A stretch of DNA of 64,000 nt, taken from NCBI GenBank assembly GCA_016182905.1, contig JACPFR010000052.1, positions 6,739-70,738 of the forward strand, in the 5' to 3' direction. The position numbers were made by a program, and so were the translations under genes. The DNA is from Elusimicrobiota bacterium (GTDB taxonomy: Bacteria; Elusimicrobiota; Elusimicrobia; UBA1565; UBA9628). Positions 50,927 to 61,005 of the stretch are shown in pieces. Each line of letters opens with the position of its first letter. The stretch's first letter is position 1. The notes under the pieces were generated by a model. That model saw nothing but the letters and a program-made list of their open reading frames with translations. It was not told where the DNA came from and ran no database searches.

Positions 50927-51147
50927 AGACCGCCCTGGCCGCCCTGCTCCTCGCCGCCGCCGCGTGCCGCAAGCCCGAGCCGCCGCCCCCCGCCGCCGAG
51001 CCGGCGGCCGAGAACCCGGTCGACAAGAACAAGGTCGAGAAGTACGTCGCCGGCCTTCAGGCCGACGTGAAGCGCGCCCAGGAGGCCAAGGAGAAGGCCG
51101 ACGCCGCGAGCAAGAAGGCGCAGGAAGCCGAGAAGCTTCCCGAATGA
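50923..51147 (+). CDS. small lipoprotein, Lys/Glu/Ala-rich
   Basis: MKTALAALLLAAAAC is lipobox-like. 74 aa. The start overlaps the lpxD stop. Confidence 0.55.
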   Translation: MKTALAALLLAAAACRKPEPPPPAAEPAAENPVDKNKVEKYVAGLQADVKRAQEAKEKADAASKKAQEAEKLPE

Positions 51148-51503
51148 CGCCGTCCTCGGCCCTGGTCGGCTTCGTCGCGCTCGAGCACGCCGCCTTCTTC
51201 GCGCTGGAGTCCTTCCTGTTCCGGACGCCGCTCGGGCTCAAGGTCTTCAAGCTGACGCCGCAGGCGGCGGAGGCGTCCGCCGTGTTCGCCTTCAATCAGG
51301 GCTTCTACAACGCCTTCCTGGCCGCGGGGCTCGTCTGGGGGCTCGTCGCGGCGCCGGAGGCGGCGCCCGGGGTCAAGACCTTCTTCCTCGCCTGCGTCGT
51401 CGTCGCGGGGGTCGTCGGCGGCGCGACCGCGAGCCGGAGCATCTGGCTCGTCCAGGCCCTGCCGGCGCTCGCCGCGCTCGCGCTGTTGAAGGCCGGGCGC
51501 TAG
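51144..51503 (+). CDS. DUF1304-family membrane protein
   Basis: ALEHAAFFALESFLF......VF........A...AFNQGFYN.FLA.GL matches what I recall of DUF1304. Four TM spans. Confidence 0.65.
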   Translation: MTPSSALVGFVALEHAAFFALESFLFRTPLGLKVFKLTPQAAEASAVFAFNQGFYNAFLAAGLVWGLVAAPEAAPGVKTFFLACVVVAGVVGGATASRSIWLVQALPALAALALLKAGR

Positions 51504-52219
51504 AAGCTCGCGATCAGCGCGACGGACACGACCGTGTCGTCCTTGCGCTTGTTGGGCGCCGGCCGGCTGACGTGCTTCCAGATGAACGAGTTCCTGACCG
51601 AGAAGACGCTCGTCAGGGTCCCGGTCAGGGCCGTCTCGGTGTTGATCCAGGAGTCGTCGGAGTCCTGCAGGCTCTGGGTGTACTCCGCGTCCTGGCTGAA
51701 CTTCGCGGTCTCGCTCAGCTCGCGGACGTACTTCGCGTAGAAGCGCGCCGACGCGAAGCTCCGGGTGTTGTCGCCGATCCGTTCCTCGTTGACGTAGCCG
51801 GGCGCGGCCTCGCCGAACAGGAGGTCCTTGTCCGTCTTCCACAGCTCGCGGCCGACGCCGGCGGAGAAGTTGTGGCGGTGCTTGAAGCCCGCGAAGACGT
51901 CCCGGTCCCAGCGGTAGCGCTCGAAGAGGTAGGCGAGGTCGCTGATCTTGCGGGAGACCTTCTCCGACGCGAAATACTGCTCGGCCATGACGCGGCCCTC
52001 GTTGCGCGCCCCGTGGCCGCCCGCCTCGATCTCGGCCTTGGTCTTGTCGCTGAAGTCGTAGGCGAAGGCGTTCCGGCCGGAGATCGTCTGCGTCTTCGTG
52101 TTGCCGTTGGCGCTGATGACGGACAGCTCCGCGGAGTCCTTCCAGTCCTTCGCGGCGGCGGCTGAGGCGGACAGGGCGAGGGCGGCGAGCAGCGGCACGA
52201 CGGCGCGCGTGGGTTTCAT
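51500..52219 (-). CDS. DUF481-like outer-membrane beta-barrel protein
   Basis: Signal peptide MKPTRAVVPLLAALALSASAAAA. GN..T.T..G motif, alternating beta-strand pattern and a C-terminal aromatic residue (..ASF). Confidence 0.65.
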   Translation of the reverse strand: MKPTRAVVPLLAALALSASAAAAKDWKDSAELSVISANGNTKTQTISGRNAFAYDFSDKTKAEIEAGGHGARNEGRVMAEQYFASEKVSRKISDLAYLFERYRWDRDVFAGFKHRHNFSAGVGRELWKTDKDLLFGEAAPGYVNEERIGDNTRSFASARFYAKYVRELSETAKFSQDAEYTQSLQDSDDSWINTETALTGTLTSVFSVRNSFIWKHVSRPAPNKRKDDTVVSVALIASF

Positions 52220-52274
52220 GACGGGATTATAGCGAAACTCATCCGGCTTGCGTCCAGGGAAACTCCATGCTATG

Positions 52275-52300
52275 ATAATGACTAACCAGTCAGTCATAAT
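52275..52300. promoter_or_regulatory. imperfect palindrome, candidate TetR operator
   Basis: ataatgact-aaccagtc-agtcataat (8 of 9 positions complementary), ending 13 nt before the tetR ATG. Confidence 0.4.
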
Positions 52301-52312
52301 AGGAAGATCGCC

Positions 52313-52921
52313 ATGACCAGCGTCAAGCCCGTCGTCCGCGACCCCGACTCGAAGAAGCGCCTGATCCTCGCCGCCGCCCGCCGCATGCTTGTCAAGCGCG
52401 GCTTCCAGGACATCGTGCTCGATGATATCGCGCACGAGGCCGGCGTCGCCAAGGGCACCTTGTTCCTCCACTTCAAGGACAAGGAGGCGCTGTTCTCCGC
52501 CGTGTTCGCGGACATCGTGGACGGTCTCGGCCTCGAGCTCGAGGCGCTGCCCAAGACCGGGCTCGCCGGCCGGGAGCTGCTCGTCGCGACCGCGAAGGTC
52601 GTGCTCAACCATTTCGACCACAGCCGCGACTTCATGGCGCAGGCGGGCACCGGCCGCTTCCCGGGCTGCGGCGACAAGTCGTGCGGCAAGCTGCTGGAGA
52701 AGTTCCGGGCGAATCACGCGCGGATGAGCGCCATCATCGCGCTCGCCTCCAAGGACGGCGGCAAGTCGGTCTCCGACATGAGCTTCGCGGTCGGGGCTTT
52801 CTTCAGCTTGTGCCGCACCCTGACCATGCGCAAGGTCATCGAGGGCCACGATCGTCCGCTCGAGCGCGAAGCCGAGAAAGTCGTCTCGTTCTTCCTCGGC
52901 GGCAGCGGGGTCGCGGTATGA
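52313..52921 (+). CDS. TetR/AcrR-family transcriptional regulator
   Basis: The N-terminal HTH is RLILAAARRMLVKRGFQDIVLDDIAHEAGVAKGTLFLHFKDKEALF. Confidence 0.88.
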   Translation: MTSVKPVVRDPDSKKRLILAAARRMLVKRGFQDIVLDDIAHEAGVAKGTLFLHFKDKEALFSAVFADIVDGLGLELEALPKTGLAGRELLVATAKVVLNHFDHSRDFMAQAGTGRFPGCGDKSCGKLLEKFRANHARMSAIIALASKDGGKSVSDMSFAVGAFFSLCRTLTMRKVIEGHDRPLEREAEKVVSFFLGGSGVAV

Positions 52922-54183
52922 GCCGGGCCCTCCTCCTCGCGGCGGCGCTCCTCCTCCCCCTCTCCGCCGCGGCGCAGGCCGGGCGGGCGATCGCCTTGCC
53001 CGAGGCGTACAAGCTCGCGCTCGCCCGCAGCGAGGAGATCGCGATCTCCGGCGCGACCTACGAGGAGACCTTGGCGAAGACCGACGAGATATTCTCCCGC
53101 GTGCTGCCTCGCGTCTCGCTGATGGGCACCGAGACGCTCCAGCACACGCCCAAGGGCGCGAGCAACTTCTTCCTCCAGCCCAACCGCGAGCAGGGCTGGG
53201 TGACGGCTCATCAGCCGCTGTTCAGCGGCCTGCGCGAGTTCCTCGCGTACCGGGCGTCGAAGGACCTCGGCCGCGCCGCGGAGCTCTCGCTGGAGCGCGC
53301 CAGGCAGCTCCTGTACGGCGACGTCGCGCGCGCCTACCTGGACCTGCTCACCGCGCAGGACGACATCCGGATCCGAGACTCTCTGGTCGCGATAACCCAA
53401 AATCGCGTGACGGACCTCAAGGAGTTCCGCAAGGTCGGCCGGGCCCGGCCCAGCGAGATGCTCGCCGCGGAGTCCCAGCTCGCCGCGAACCTCGCGCAGC
53501 TGGAGAGTTCCCGCGCGGCGGAGCAGGTGGCGCAGTTCAAGCTCGCCTTCCTGACCGGGCTCGACGAGCGCCTGGCCCCGGCTCCGATCCCCGAGTCCGC
53601 GGCGGTGGTCCCCCCGCTCGACGCGGCCCTGGCGAAGGCCCGCGCCCGCGCCGACGTGGAGGCGCGGCGCGAGGAGGCGTCCTCCGCGGAGCTCTCGGTC
53701 AAGGTCGCCGCGCGCGCGCGCTGGCCCGTCATCGGGATCGACGCGAACTACTACTTCCAGCGCCCCCCCAGCTTCACCTCCGACGTGAGATGGGACGCGA
53801 CGATCACCGGCTCGCTTCCTCTTTACTCCGGCGGCGAGATCGGCGCCCAGACCCGTCAGCAGGAGGCGCGCTTGAAGGCCCGGCGCGCGTCCCTGGCCGA
53901 GGGGGTCCGCCTCGCCGAGCTCGAGGCCCGCTCGGCGCATCAGCGGCTCCAGTCCTCGGTCGCCGTCACCGCCGCGCTCGACAAGGCCGCGAGGCTGGCC
54001 GAGGACAACGCCAAGGCCCAGGCCGAGGACTACCGCCTCGGGCAGGTGACGAACCTCGACGTCCTCGGCAGCCTCAACGTCCTTCAGCAGACGCGCCTGC
54101 AGCAGAACGCGGCGCGCATCGACGCATACTGGTCCCGCGTGCAGCTCGAAGTCGCCGCGGGCGTCCCCGGAGGCTCTCTGTGA
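52918..54183 (+). CDS. TolC-family outer membrane efflux protein
   Basis: Signal peptide MSRALLLAAALLLPLSAAAQA and duplicated TolC-type repeats. The start overlaps the tetR stop. Confidence 0.8.
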   Translation: MSRALLLAAALLLPLSAAAQAGRAIALPEAYKLALARSEEIAISGATYEETLAKTDEIFSRVLPRVSLMGTETLQHTPKGASNFFLQPNREQGWVTAHQPLFSGLREFLAYRASKDLGRAAELSLERARQLLYGDVARAYLDLLTAQDDIRIRDSLVAITQNRVTDLKEFRKVGRARPSEMLAAESQLAANLAQLESSRAAEQVAQFKLAFLTGLDERLAPAPIPESAAVVPPLDAALAKARARADVEARREEASSAELSVKVAARARWPVIGIDANYYFQRPPSFTSDVRWDATITGSLPLYSGGEIGAQTRQQEARLKARRASLAEGVRLAELEARSAHQRLQSSVAVTAALDKAARLAEDNAKAQAEDYRLGQVTNLDVLGSLNVLQQTRLQQNAARIDAYWSRVQLEVAAGVPGGSL

Positions 54184-57100
54184 CCTTATCCGACCTTTCG
54201 ATCAAGAACCCCGTCTTCGCGTGGATGCTGATGTTCGCCCTCATGATATTCGGCTGGATCGGCTACGGCCGCATGGGCGTCTCCCAGATGCCGGACGTGG
54301 ACTTCCCCATCGTCAACATCGCGGTCTCGTGGGAGGGCGCGGCGCCTGAGATCATGGAGACCGAGGTCGTCGACATCATCGAGGACGCCGTCACCTCCGT
54401 GCAGGGCGTCAAGGAGATCACCTCCTCGTCGAAGCTCGGCAACGCCACGATCACGATCGAGTTCGAGCTCGACCGCGGCATCGACGTCGCCCTGCAGGAG
54501 GTCCAGACCAAGATCGCCCAGGCCCAGCAGCGCCTGCCCAAGGACATGGACCCGGCCATCGTCACGAAGGTCAACCCGGAGGACAACCCCATCATGTGGC
54601 TGGCGCTGTCCGGCGACGTGCCGGTCAAGGACCTGATGGTCTACGCGCAGGACCACCTCAAGAACCGCTTCCAGACCGTGCCCGGCGTCGGCGAGGTCCT
54701 GCTCGGAGGCCTCGTGCCCCGCAACCTCCGGGTCTGGCTCGACGCGGACAAGATGCGCGCCCGGCAGATCACGGTGGAGGACATCCTCGCGGCGATCCGC
54801 CGCGAGCACGCCGAGGTCCCGGCCGGCCAGATCGAGACCGACGTCAAGGAGTTCAACGTCCGCACGCTCGGCGAGATATCCGATCCGAATCAATTCGGCG
54901 AACTCCTCATAACCCAGCGCGGCGGCGCCCCGATCCACATCCCGATAGCGCTCAAGGAAGTGGCTCGCATCGAGGACGGCCTCGCGGACGTGCGCCGCAT
55001 CTCTCGCGTGGGCCTCAAGCGCGCCGTCGGCCTCGGCATCCGCAAGCAGCGCGGCGCCAACGCCGTCGAGATCGCCACGCGCATCCGGAAGAAGATGGAG
55101 GAGACGAAGGGCAGCCTGCCCAAGGGCATGAGCCTCGGCGTGCGCTTCGACTCGACGAAATTCATCAAGGAGTCGGTGAGCAACCTCACGCACCACCTGC
55201 TCCTCGCGGCGGTGCTGACGTCGCTGGTGTGCTGGCTGTTCCTCGGCTCCTGGTCTTCCACCTTGAACGTCCTGCTGGCGATCCCGACCGCCGTGCTCGG
55301 CACCTTCATCGTGACCTACTTCCTCGGGTTCACGCTGAACTCCTTCACCTTGCTCGGGCTCACCCTCTCCATCGGCATCATCGTCGACGACGCGATCATG
55401 GTGCTGGAGAACATCGTGCGCCACCGCGAGCTCGGCCAGGACAAGCTCACCGGCGCCGTGTTCGGCGCCCGCGAGATCACCTTCGCCGCGATGGCCGCGA
55501 CGGTCGCCGTGCTGGCGATCTTCATGCCCGTCGTGTTCATGAAGGGCATCATCGGCAAGTTCTTCTTCCAGTTCGGCGTGACGATCTCGGCGGCGGTGTC
55601 GTTCTCCCTGCTCGAGGCGCTGACGCTCGCCCCGATGCGCTGCTCCCAGTTCCTCGAGGTCGGCGGCCACGGCAACGCCCTGATCCGCGCGGTCGACGCG
55701 GGCTTCGCGTGGTGCGCCTCGGCGTACCGGCGCCGGCTCGAGTGGACGCTCGCCCATCGCTGGACCGTCGTCGGCTTCGGCGTGCTGTTCTTCGCCGCTT
55801 CGCTGATCAGCGTCAAGAAGATCCGCAAGGAGTTCGTGCCCGCGCAGGACCAGGGCATGTTCCTCATCCGCATGGAGACGCCCGTGGGCTCCTCGTTCGA
55901 GTACACCGACGCGAAGTTCAAGGAAGCCGAGACCTGGATGATGAAAAACCCGGCCGTCGACGGCTACTACTCGGCGGTCGGCGGTTTCCAGGGCGGCGAG
56001 GTCAACGCCGGCATGCTGTTCGTCACGCTCAAGGACCTCCCGGACCGCGGGCTGAACGGGGCGGGAAGGACGACCACCCAGGGCGACGTGATGAAGGACA
56101 CCCGGAAGGCCCTGAACGCGATCCCCACCTTGCGCGCCCTGATCCTGGACCTGTCCCAGGGCGGGTTCTCCGCCTCGCGCGGCTTTCCCATCGAGTTCAC
56201 GATCCGCGGACCGGACTGGGACACCTTGATCAAGACCGCCGTCGAGTTCAAGGGACGCCTGGAGAAGACCGGCTCGCTGCTCGACGTGGACACCGACTAC
56301 AAGAGCGGCATGCCCGAGGTCCGAATTTATCCCGACCGCGCGAAAGCTTACTTAAGAGGCGTCTCCATCGAGTCGATCGGGACGACGATCAACGCGATGA
56401 TCGGCGGCGTGCGCGCCGGATTGTTCACCGACAGCGGCCGCCGCTACGACGTGCGCGTGCGGACCGAGGCGAAGCACCGCCTCGCGCCCGAGGACATCAA
56501 CAAGTTCTACGTGCGCAACAACCGGGGCGAGATGATCCGCCTCTCCGAGGTCGTCCGCCTCGAGACGAAGCCCTCCCTGCTCGCGATCACGCGCAAGGAC
56601 CGCGAGCGCGCGATCGGCATCTACGCCAACGTCGTCCCGGGCAAGTCGCAGGCCCAGATCCTGGCCGACATCGAGAAGCTGGGCAAGGAGACCTTGCCGG
56701 ACGGCTACCACCTCGTGTTCTCCGGCTCGTCGAAGACCTTCAAGGAGTCGTTCCAGAGCCTGCTGTTCGCCTTGGTCCTCGGCATCCTCGTCGCGTACAT
56801 GGTCCTCGGCGCGCAGTTCAACAGCTTCGTCCACCCGGTCACGGTCCTGCTGGCGCTCCCGTTCAGCCTCTCCGGCGCCTTCCTGACCTTGTGGGCGTTC
56901 GACAAGAGCCTCAACATCAACTCGATGATCGGCCTGCTCCTGCTGATGGGCATCGTGAAGAAGAACTCGATCCTGCTCGTCGACTTCACGAACCAGCGCC
57001 GCGACGAGGGCCTCGAGCCCCGGGCGGCGCTGCTCGACGCCTGCCCGGTGCGCCTGCGCCCCATCCTGATGACCTCGATCGCGACGATCTCCGCCGCGGT

Positions 57101-57332
57101 CCCGACGGCGCTGGCGCGCGGCGCCGGCTCCGAGGCCACCGTGCCGATGGCGCTGTCGCTCATCGGCGGCGTCAGCGTGTCGACGCTCCTGACCTTGTTC
57201 GTCGTTCCGGCCGCGTACAGCCTGTTCGTCCGCATCGAGAGCGGCAAGGCCCAGTCGACCCACGCGGCGGTGATCCGCGCGGTGCGCCAGGCCGCGCGGG
57301 CCGAGGACGAGCGCGTGAACGCGGGGCATTGA
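54180..57332 (+). CDS. RND efflux transporter permease (AcrB/HAE family)
   Basis: LSIKNPVFAWMLMFALMIFG......MPDVDFP...V...W.GA.PE..E..V...IE, ...SIGIIVDDAIMVLENI... and ...LLLMGIVKKNSILLVDF. GTG start overlaps the TolC stop. Confidence 0.9.
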   Translation: MTLSDLSIKNPVFAWMLMFALMIFGWIGYGRMGVSQMPDVDFPIVNIAVSWEGAAPEIMETEVVDIIEDAVTSVQGVKEITSSSKLGNATITIEFELDRGIDVALQEVQTKIAQAQQRLPKDMDPAIVTKVNPEDNPIMWLALSGDVPVKDLMVYAQDHLKNRFQTVPGVGEVLLGGLVPRNLRVWLDADKMRARQITVEDILAAIRREHAEVPAGQIETDVKEFNVRTLGEISDPNQFGELLITQRGGAPIHIPIALKEVARIEDGLADVRRISRVGLKRAVGLGIRKQRGANAVEIATRIRKKMEETKGSLPKGMSLGVRFDSTKFIKESVSNLTHHLLLAAVLTSLVCWLFLGSWSSTLNVLLAIPTAVLGTFIVTYFLGFTLNSFTLLGLTLSIGIIVDDAIMVLENIVRHRELGQDKLTGAVFGAREITFAAMAATVAVLAIFMPVVFMKGIIGKFFFQFGVTISAAVSFSLLEALTLAPMRCSQFLEVGGHGNALIRAVDAGFAWCASAYRRRLEWTLAHRWTVVGFGVLFFAASLISVKKIRKEFVPAQDQGMFLIRMETPVGSSFEYTDAKFKEAETWMMKNPAVDGYYSAVGGFQGGEVNAGMLFVTLKDLPDRGLNGAGRTTTQGDVMKDTRKALNAIPTLRALILDLSQGGFSASRGFPIEFTIRGPDWDTLIKTAVEFKGRLEKTGSLLDVDTDYKSGMPEVRIYPDRAKAYLRGVSIESIGTTINAMIGGVRAGLFTDSGRRYDVRVRTEAKHRLAPEDINKFYVRNNRGEMIRLSEVVRLETKPSLLAITRKDRERAIGIYANVVPGKSQAQILADIEKLGKETLPDGYHLVFSGSSKTFKESFQSLLFALVLGILVAYMVLGAQFNSFVHPVTVLLALPFSLSGAFLTLWAFDKSLNINSMIGLLLLMGIVKKNSILLVDFTNQRRDEGLEPRAALLDACPVRLRPILMTSIATISAAVPTALARGAGSEATVPMALSLIGGVSVSTLLTLFVVPAAYSLFVRIESGKAQSTHAAVIRAVRQAARAEDERVNAGH

Positions 57333-57339
57333 GCCGGGC

Positions 57340-57912
57340 ATGACGGAGACCGCGGACGGCGAGCTCGCGAGGAGCGCGGCGGCCGGCGACGGCGACGCGT
57401 TCGCCGAGCTCGTCCGGCGGCACGCGCCGCGGGTGAGGGCGCTGTGCGCGGCGACGCTCGGCGGCCCCGGCGAGGCCGAGGACGCGGCGCAGGAGTCCTT
57501 CCTGAAGGCGTACCGCGCGCTCTCCCGGTATTCCGGCGAGGCGTCCTTCGGCACCTGGCTGCACCGCATCGCGGTCAATCATTGCCTCGACGTCCTGCGC
57601 GCCGCGGGCCGCCGCCGCACCGACTCGCTCGAGGCGCTGCGCGAGGCCGACTCGGCGGCGCTGGACCGCGCGCTGTCCGAGCCCTCCTCGGCCCAGGCCC
57701 TCGAGGACCGCGACACCGTCGACCGCCTGCTCTCGCGCCTGCCTCCCGAGCAGCGCCTCGCGCTGACCCTGCGCGAGGCGGAGGGCCTGACCTACGAGGA
57801 GATCGCGGCGGCCATGTCCTGCTCGCTCGACTCGGTGAAGGCGCGCATACGCCGCGCGCGGGCCGAACTGGCCGCGATGGCGCGACACTTTCCGGGCGCG
57901 GATATCGTCTAA
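57340..57912 (+). CDS. ECF-type RNA polymerase sigma-70 factor
   Basis: Region 2 is FAELVRRHAP.V......L.G....AED..QE.FLKAY.....Y......F..WL.RIA.N.C.D.LR. Region 4 is LP.EQR.AL.LRE.EGL.YEEIA..M.C...VK.R..RAR..L. Confidence 0.88.
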   Translation: MTETADGELARSAAAGDGDAFAELVRRHAPRVRALCAATLGGPGEAEDAAQESFLKAYRALSRYSGEASFGTWLHRIAVNHCLDVLRAAGRRRTDSLEALREADSAALDRALSEPSSAQALEDRDTVDRLLSRLPPEQRLALTLREAEGLTYEEIAAAMSCSLDSVKARIRRARAELAAMARHFPGADIV

Positions 57913-57925
57913 TCAGGGAGAAGCC

Positions 57926-58324
57926 ATGACACACGAGAAGATCCGGGAGAGTCTGAGCGAGTGGCTCGACGGCGAGCTCGACCCCGCCGCGAGCGCGGCG
58001 GTGGCGGCCCATCTCGACGCCTGCTCCGCCTGCAGGACGGAGGCCGGCCGCCTCCGCCGGCTCGGCGCCGCGCTGTTCGAGGCTCCCGTCCCCGCGGACC
58101 CGCGCGCGAACGAGGCCTTCGTCGCCCGCGTGATGGCCCGCGTCGAGGCGGACTCGGTCCCGGTCTGGGAGCGGTTCGCCGCCCGGGTGCTGGCCCCCGC
58201 GCTCGGCCTGGCCCTGGCCGGGCTCGTGTTCGCGATCGCGATGCCCGACCCGGACGAGGACGCCCCGCTCGGCGTCGCCGCGGCGTCCGCGGACGCCGGA
58301 TCCGCCTTCGAGGCGGCGCCGTGA
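57926..58324 (+). CDS. anti-sigma factor (zf-HC2 type)
   Basis: LSEWLDGELD......V..HLDACSACR is an HxxxCxxC motif, followed by one TM span. Confidence 0.8.
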   Translation: MTHEKIRESLSEWLDGELDPAASAAVAAHLDACSACRTEAGRLRRLGAALFEAPVPADPRANEAFVARVMARVEADSVPVWERFAARVLAPALGLALAGLVFAIAMPDPDEDAPLGVAAASADAGSAFEAAP

Positions 58325-58704
58325 TCCGGCACTGGCGCGTCGTCCTGATCGCCGTCCTCGGCGGCCTGCTCGCGGGCGTGTGGCTCGGCTCGCGCCTGGA
58401 GCGCGCGGCCGCCCATCGCATGCGGCGCCAAGGCCCGCGGCCGGAGCGCGTGGTGAAGATGCTCCGGCGCGAATTGGACCTGCGCCCCGACCAGGTCCAG
58501 GCGCTGCGCGCCCTCCTCACCGCCAAGAAGTCCGCCTTCCAGTCCATCCGCCGCGAAGAGGAGTCCCGCATGGCCGCCCTGCGCGCCGAGATCGACCGCG
58601 ACCTGTCGCCGTTCCTCGACGACGTCCAGAAGAAGAAGCTGGAGGAGCTGCGCGCCCGCTGGCAGAAGCCTCCGGCGGAGCCGGGCCCTCCCGATGCGCG
58701 CTAG
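58321..58704 (+). CDS. periplasmic Spy/CpxP-like (LTxxQ-type) helical protein
   Basis: TM/signal segment VVLIAVLGGLLAGVWLG, then repeated L..L.L...Q.......... helical motifs (LDLRPDQVQALRALL; LSPFLDDVQKKKLEEL). GTG start overlaps the anti-sigma stop. Confidence 0.55.
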   Translation: MIRHWRVVLIAVLGGLLAGVWLGSRLERAAAHRMRRQGPRPERVVKMLRRELDLRPDQVQALRALLTAKKSAFQSIRREEESRMAALRAEIDRDLSPFLDDVQKKKLEELRARWQKPPAEPGPPDAR

Positions 58705-59947
58705 CTTCGCCCCCCTCGCGGCGCTGCTGCTCCTCCCGCTCGCCGCGCGCGCGTCCGACGGCGGCGCGCTCACGTGGGAGGCCAGCGTGGCCGCGGCCGC
58801 GGCGGCCAACCCGTCGCTGGCCTCCTCGCGCCTGAGCGTGGACGCCAGCCGGACCTCGTACTACTCCTCGTTCAACGGCTTCCTCCCGTCCCTGTCCCTG
58901 TCGAACTCGGTCTCGGAGTCCGACTCCTCCCGCAAGCCGACCTACTCGGCGAGCGCCTCGGCCGGGCTCACCTTGTTCAGCGCCGGCAAGGCGGCCTCGA
59001 TCCGTTCCGCCTCGGCCGCGCTGAGCTCCGCCGAGGCGTCGCTGCGCGCGGCCTCCGCCGGCCTGCGGGCGGCTTTGCGCCAGACCTTCTCGGCCCTGCT
59101 CTTCGCCCAGGCCTCCCTCGAGACCTCCCGCCGCATCGCCGTCATCCGCCGCCACGACGCGGAGCTCGTGGGCCTGCGCTACGAGGCGGGGCGCGAATCG
59201 AAGGGCAACATGCTCCGGGCGAGGGCCCAGGCGCTGCAGGCCGACTACGCCGTGGTCGCGGCGGAGCGCGACGTGCGCTCCTTCCAGCGCGACATGTCGC
59301 GCCAGCTCGGCCGCGAGGGCTTCGAGGCCTTCGTCGCGACCGGCGCCTTCGCCTCGGCGCCCCCTCCCGCGCGTCCGGACGATTTCCGCGCTCTCCTCCC
59401 TTTGCGCACCGACGTCGCGATCGCGGAGGCGTCCGTGCGCTCCTCGAAGGCGTCGCTCGACTCGGCGAACTCGGTGTTCTGGCCGACCCTGTCGGCGAGC
59501 TACAGCCGCACCCGCTCCGGCGTCGCCGAGTTCCCGAACCGGACCAACGGCTGGAACGCCGGCGCGAGCCTGAGCTACGCCCTGTTCGGCGGGGGCCCGG
59601 CCGCGGCGTATCTCGACACGAAGGCCTCGCGCCTCGGCTACGAACGGACGCAGTCCGACCTGTCGGCCGCACGCCAGTCCGCGTTGTCCGACCTCGAGAC
59701 GGCCTGGTCCAACTACGCCGACGCCTCGGACCAGGTGCTCGTCTCGGACGCCCTGCTCGCCGCCGCGCGGCAGCGCAACGACGAGGCCGACGTCCGCTAC
59801 GGCTCGGGACTGATGAGCTTTGAGATCTGGGAAGGCATCGTGTCCGAGCGCGTGTCCGCGGAGAGGCAGGCCCTCTCCTCGAGACGCGCCGCCATGGACG
59901 CCGAGACCGCCTGGCACCGCGCCCTGGGACGGGCGCTCGGAGAATGA
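58694..59947 (+). CDS. TolC-family outer membrane efflux protein
   Basis: Signal peptide MRASFAPLAALLLLPLAARA and duplicated TolC-type repeats. First gene of the TolC-MacA-MacB set. Confidence 0.8.
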   Translation: MRASFAPLAALLLLPLAARASDGGALTWEASVAAAAAANPSLASSRLSVDASRTSYYSSFNGFLPSLSLSNSVSESDSSRKPTYSASASAGLTLFSAGKAASIRSASAALSSAEASLRAASAGLRAALRQTFSALLFAQASLETSRRIAVIRRHDAELVGLRYEAGRESKGNMLRARAQALQADYAVVAAERDVRSFQRDMSRQLGREGFEAFVATGAFASAPPPARPDDFRALLPLRTDVAIAEASVRSSKASLDSANSVFWPTLSASYSRTRSGVAEFPNRTNGWNAGASLSYALFGGGPAAAYLDTKASRLGYERTQSDLSAARQSALSDLETAWSNYADASDQVLVSDALLAAARQRNDEADVRYGSGLMSFEIWEGIVSERVSAERQALSSRRAAMDAETAWHRALGRALGE

Positions 59948-59948
59948 C

Positions 59949-60995
59949 ATGAAGCGCGCCATCATCGCCGTCGTCGTCGCCGCCGCGGCCGGAGGAGGCG
60001 TCTGGAAATACAAGACGGCGGCCTCGAAGTCCGGACGCGAGAACCGGGGCCGTTCCGTCGAAGCCGTCCTCGGCCCGATCGAGCAGTCGATCGACGCGAC
60101 GGGCTCGGTCGCGCCGGAGAACCGCGTGGAGATCAAGCCTCCGGTCGGCGGCCGCGTCGAGAAGCTGCTCGTCGACGAGGGCGACAAGGTCCGCAACGGC
60201 CAGGTCGTGGCCTGGATCAGCTCGACCGACCGCAACGCCATCCTCGACGCCGCGCGCGCGCAGGGGCCCGAGGCGGTCAAGAAATGGGAGGACGCCTACA
60301 AGCCGACCGCGGTGTTCGCCTCGCTCCCCGGGGAGGTCATCCTGCGCAACGTGGTCGTCGGCCAGGCGGTGGACGGGGGCACGGTCCTCTTCGCGGTGGC
60401 CGACACCTTGATCGTCAACGCGCAGGTCGACGAGTCCGACATCGGCAAGATCAGGATAGGCCAGAAGGCCCGCATCCGCCTCGATTCCTATCCCGACAAG
60501 CCGGTCGCCGGCAAGGTGTTCGACATCCTCTACGAGGGCAAGAACGTCTCGAACGTGATCACCTACGGCGTCAAGGTCCGTCCCGACTCGGTGCCCCCCT
60601 TCTTCCGTTCGCAGATGACGGCGAACGTGAGCTTCCTGATCAAGCGCAAGGAGGACGCGGTCCTCGTCCCCGTCGCGGCGGTCAAGGACGCTCCCGGCGG
60701 CAAGCGCGCCGTGTCGATCCCCTCCGCGGAGAAGGGCGCGAAGCCGGAGACGCGCGAGGTGAAGACGGGCATCGAGACCGACGATCAGATCGAGATCGTC
60801 GAGGGTCTCGCGGCCGGCGAAAAGGTCCTGGTCGGGGCGAGCCGCTACGTCGCCCAGAAGGCTCCCGAGGCGAGCCCCTTGTCCTCGCTGCCCGGACGCA
60901 TGGGCCGCGGCGGCGCCCAGCAGGGCGCGGCGCCCAAGCCGAAGCGGGGCGCGGCGGGCGGAGCCGCTCCCGCCGTGCCGGGCGGCTCGCGCTAG
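59949..60995 (+). CDS. macA: HlyD/MacA-family periplasmic adaptor
   Basis: N-terminal anchor, then G.V.P...VEIKPPVGGRVEKLLV.EGD.V..GQV.A and ...A.VDE.DI..I..GQ.A.I.LD.YP (lipoyl and beta-barrel blocks). Confidence 0.8.
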   Translation: MKRAIIAVVVAAAAGGGVWKYKTAASKSGRENRGRSVEAVLGPIEQSIDATGSVAPENRVEIKPPVGGRVEKLLVDEGDKVRNGQVVAWISSTDRNAILDAARAQGPEAVKKWEDAYKPTAVFASLPGEVILRNVVVGQAVDGGTVLFAVADTLIVNAQVDESDIGKIRIGQKARIRLDSYPDKPVAGKVFDILYEGKNVSNVITYGVKVRPDSVPPFFRSQMTANVSFLIKRKEDAVLVPVAAVKDAPGGKRAVSIPSAEKGAKPETREVKTGIETDDQIEIVEGLAAGEKVLVGASRYVAQKAPEASPLSSLPGRMGRGGAQQGAAPKPKRGAAGGAAPAVPGGSR

Positions 60996-61005
60996 GCCGA
61001 TCGCC

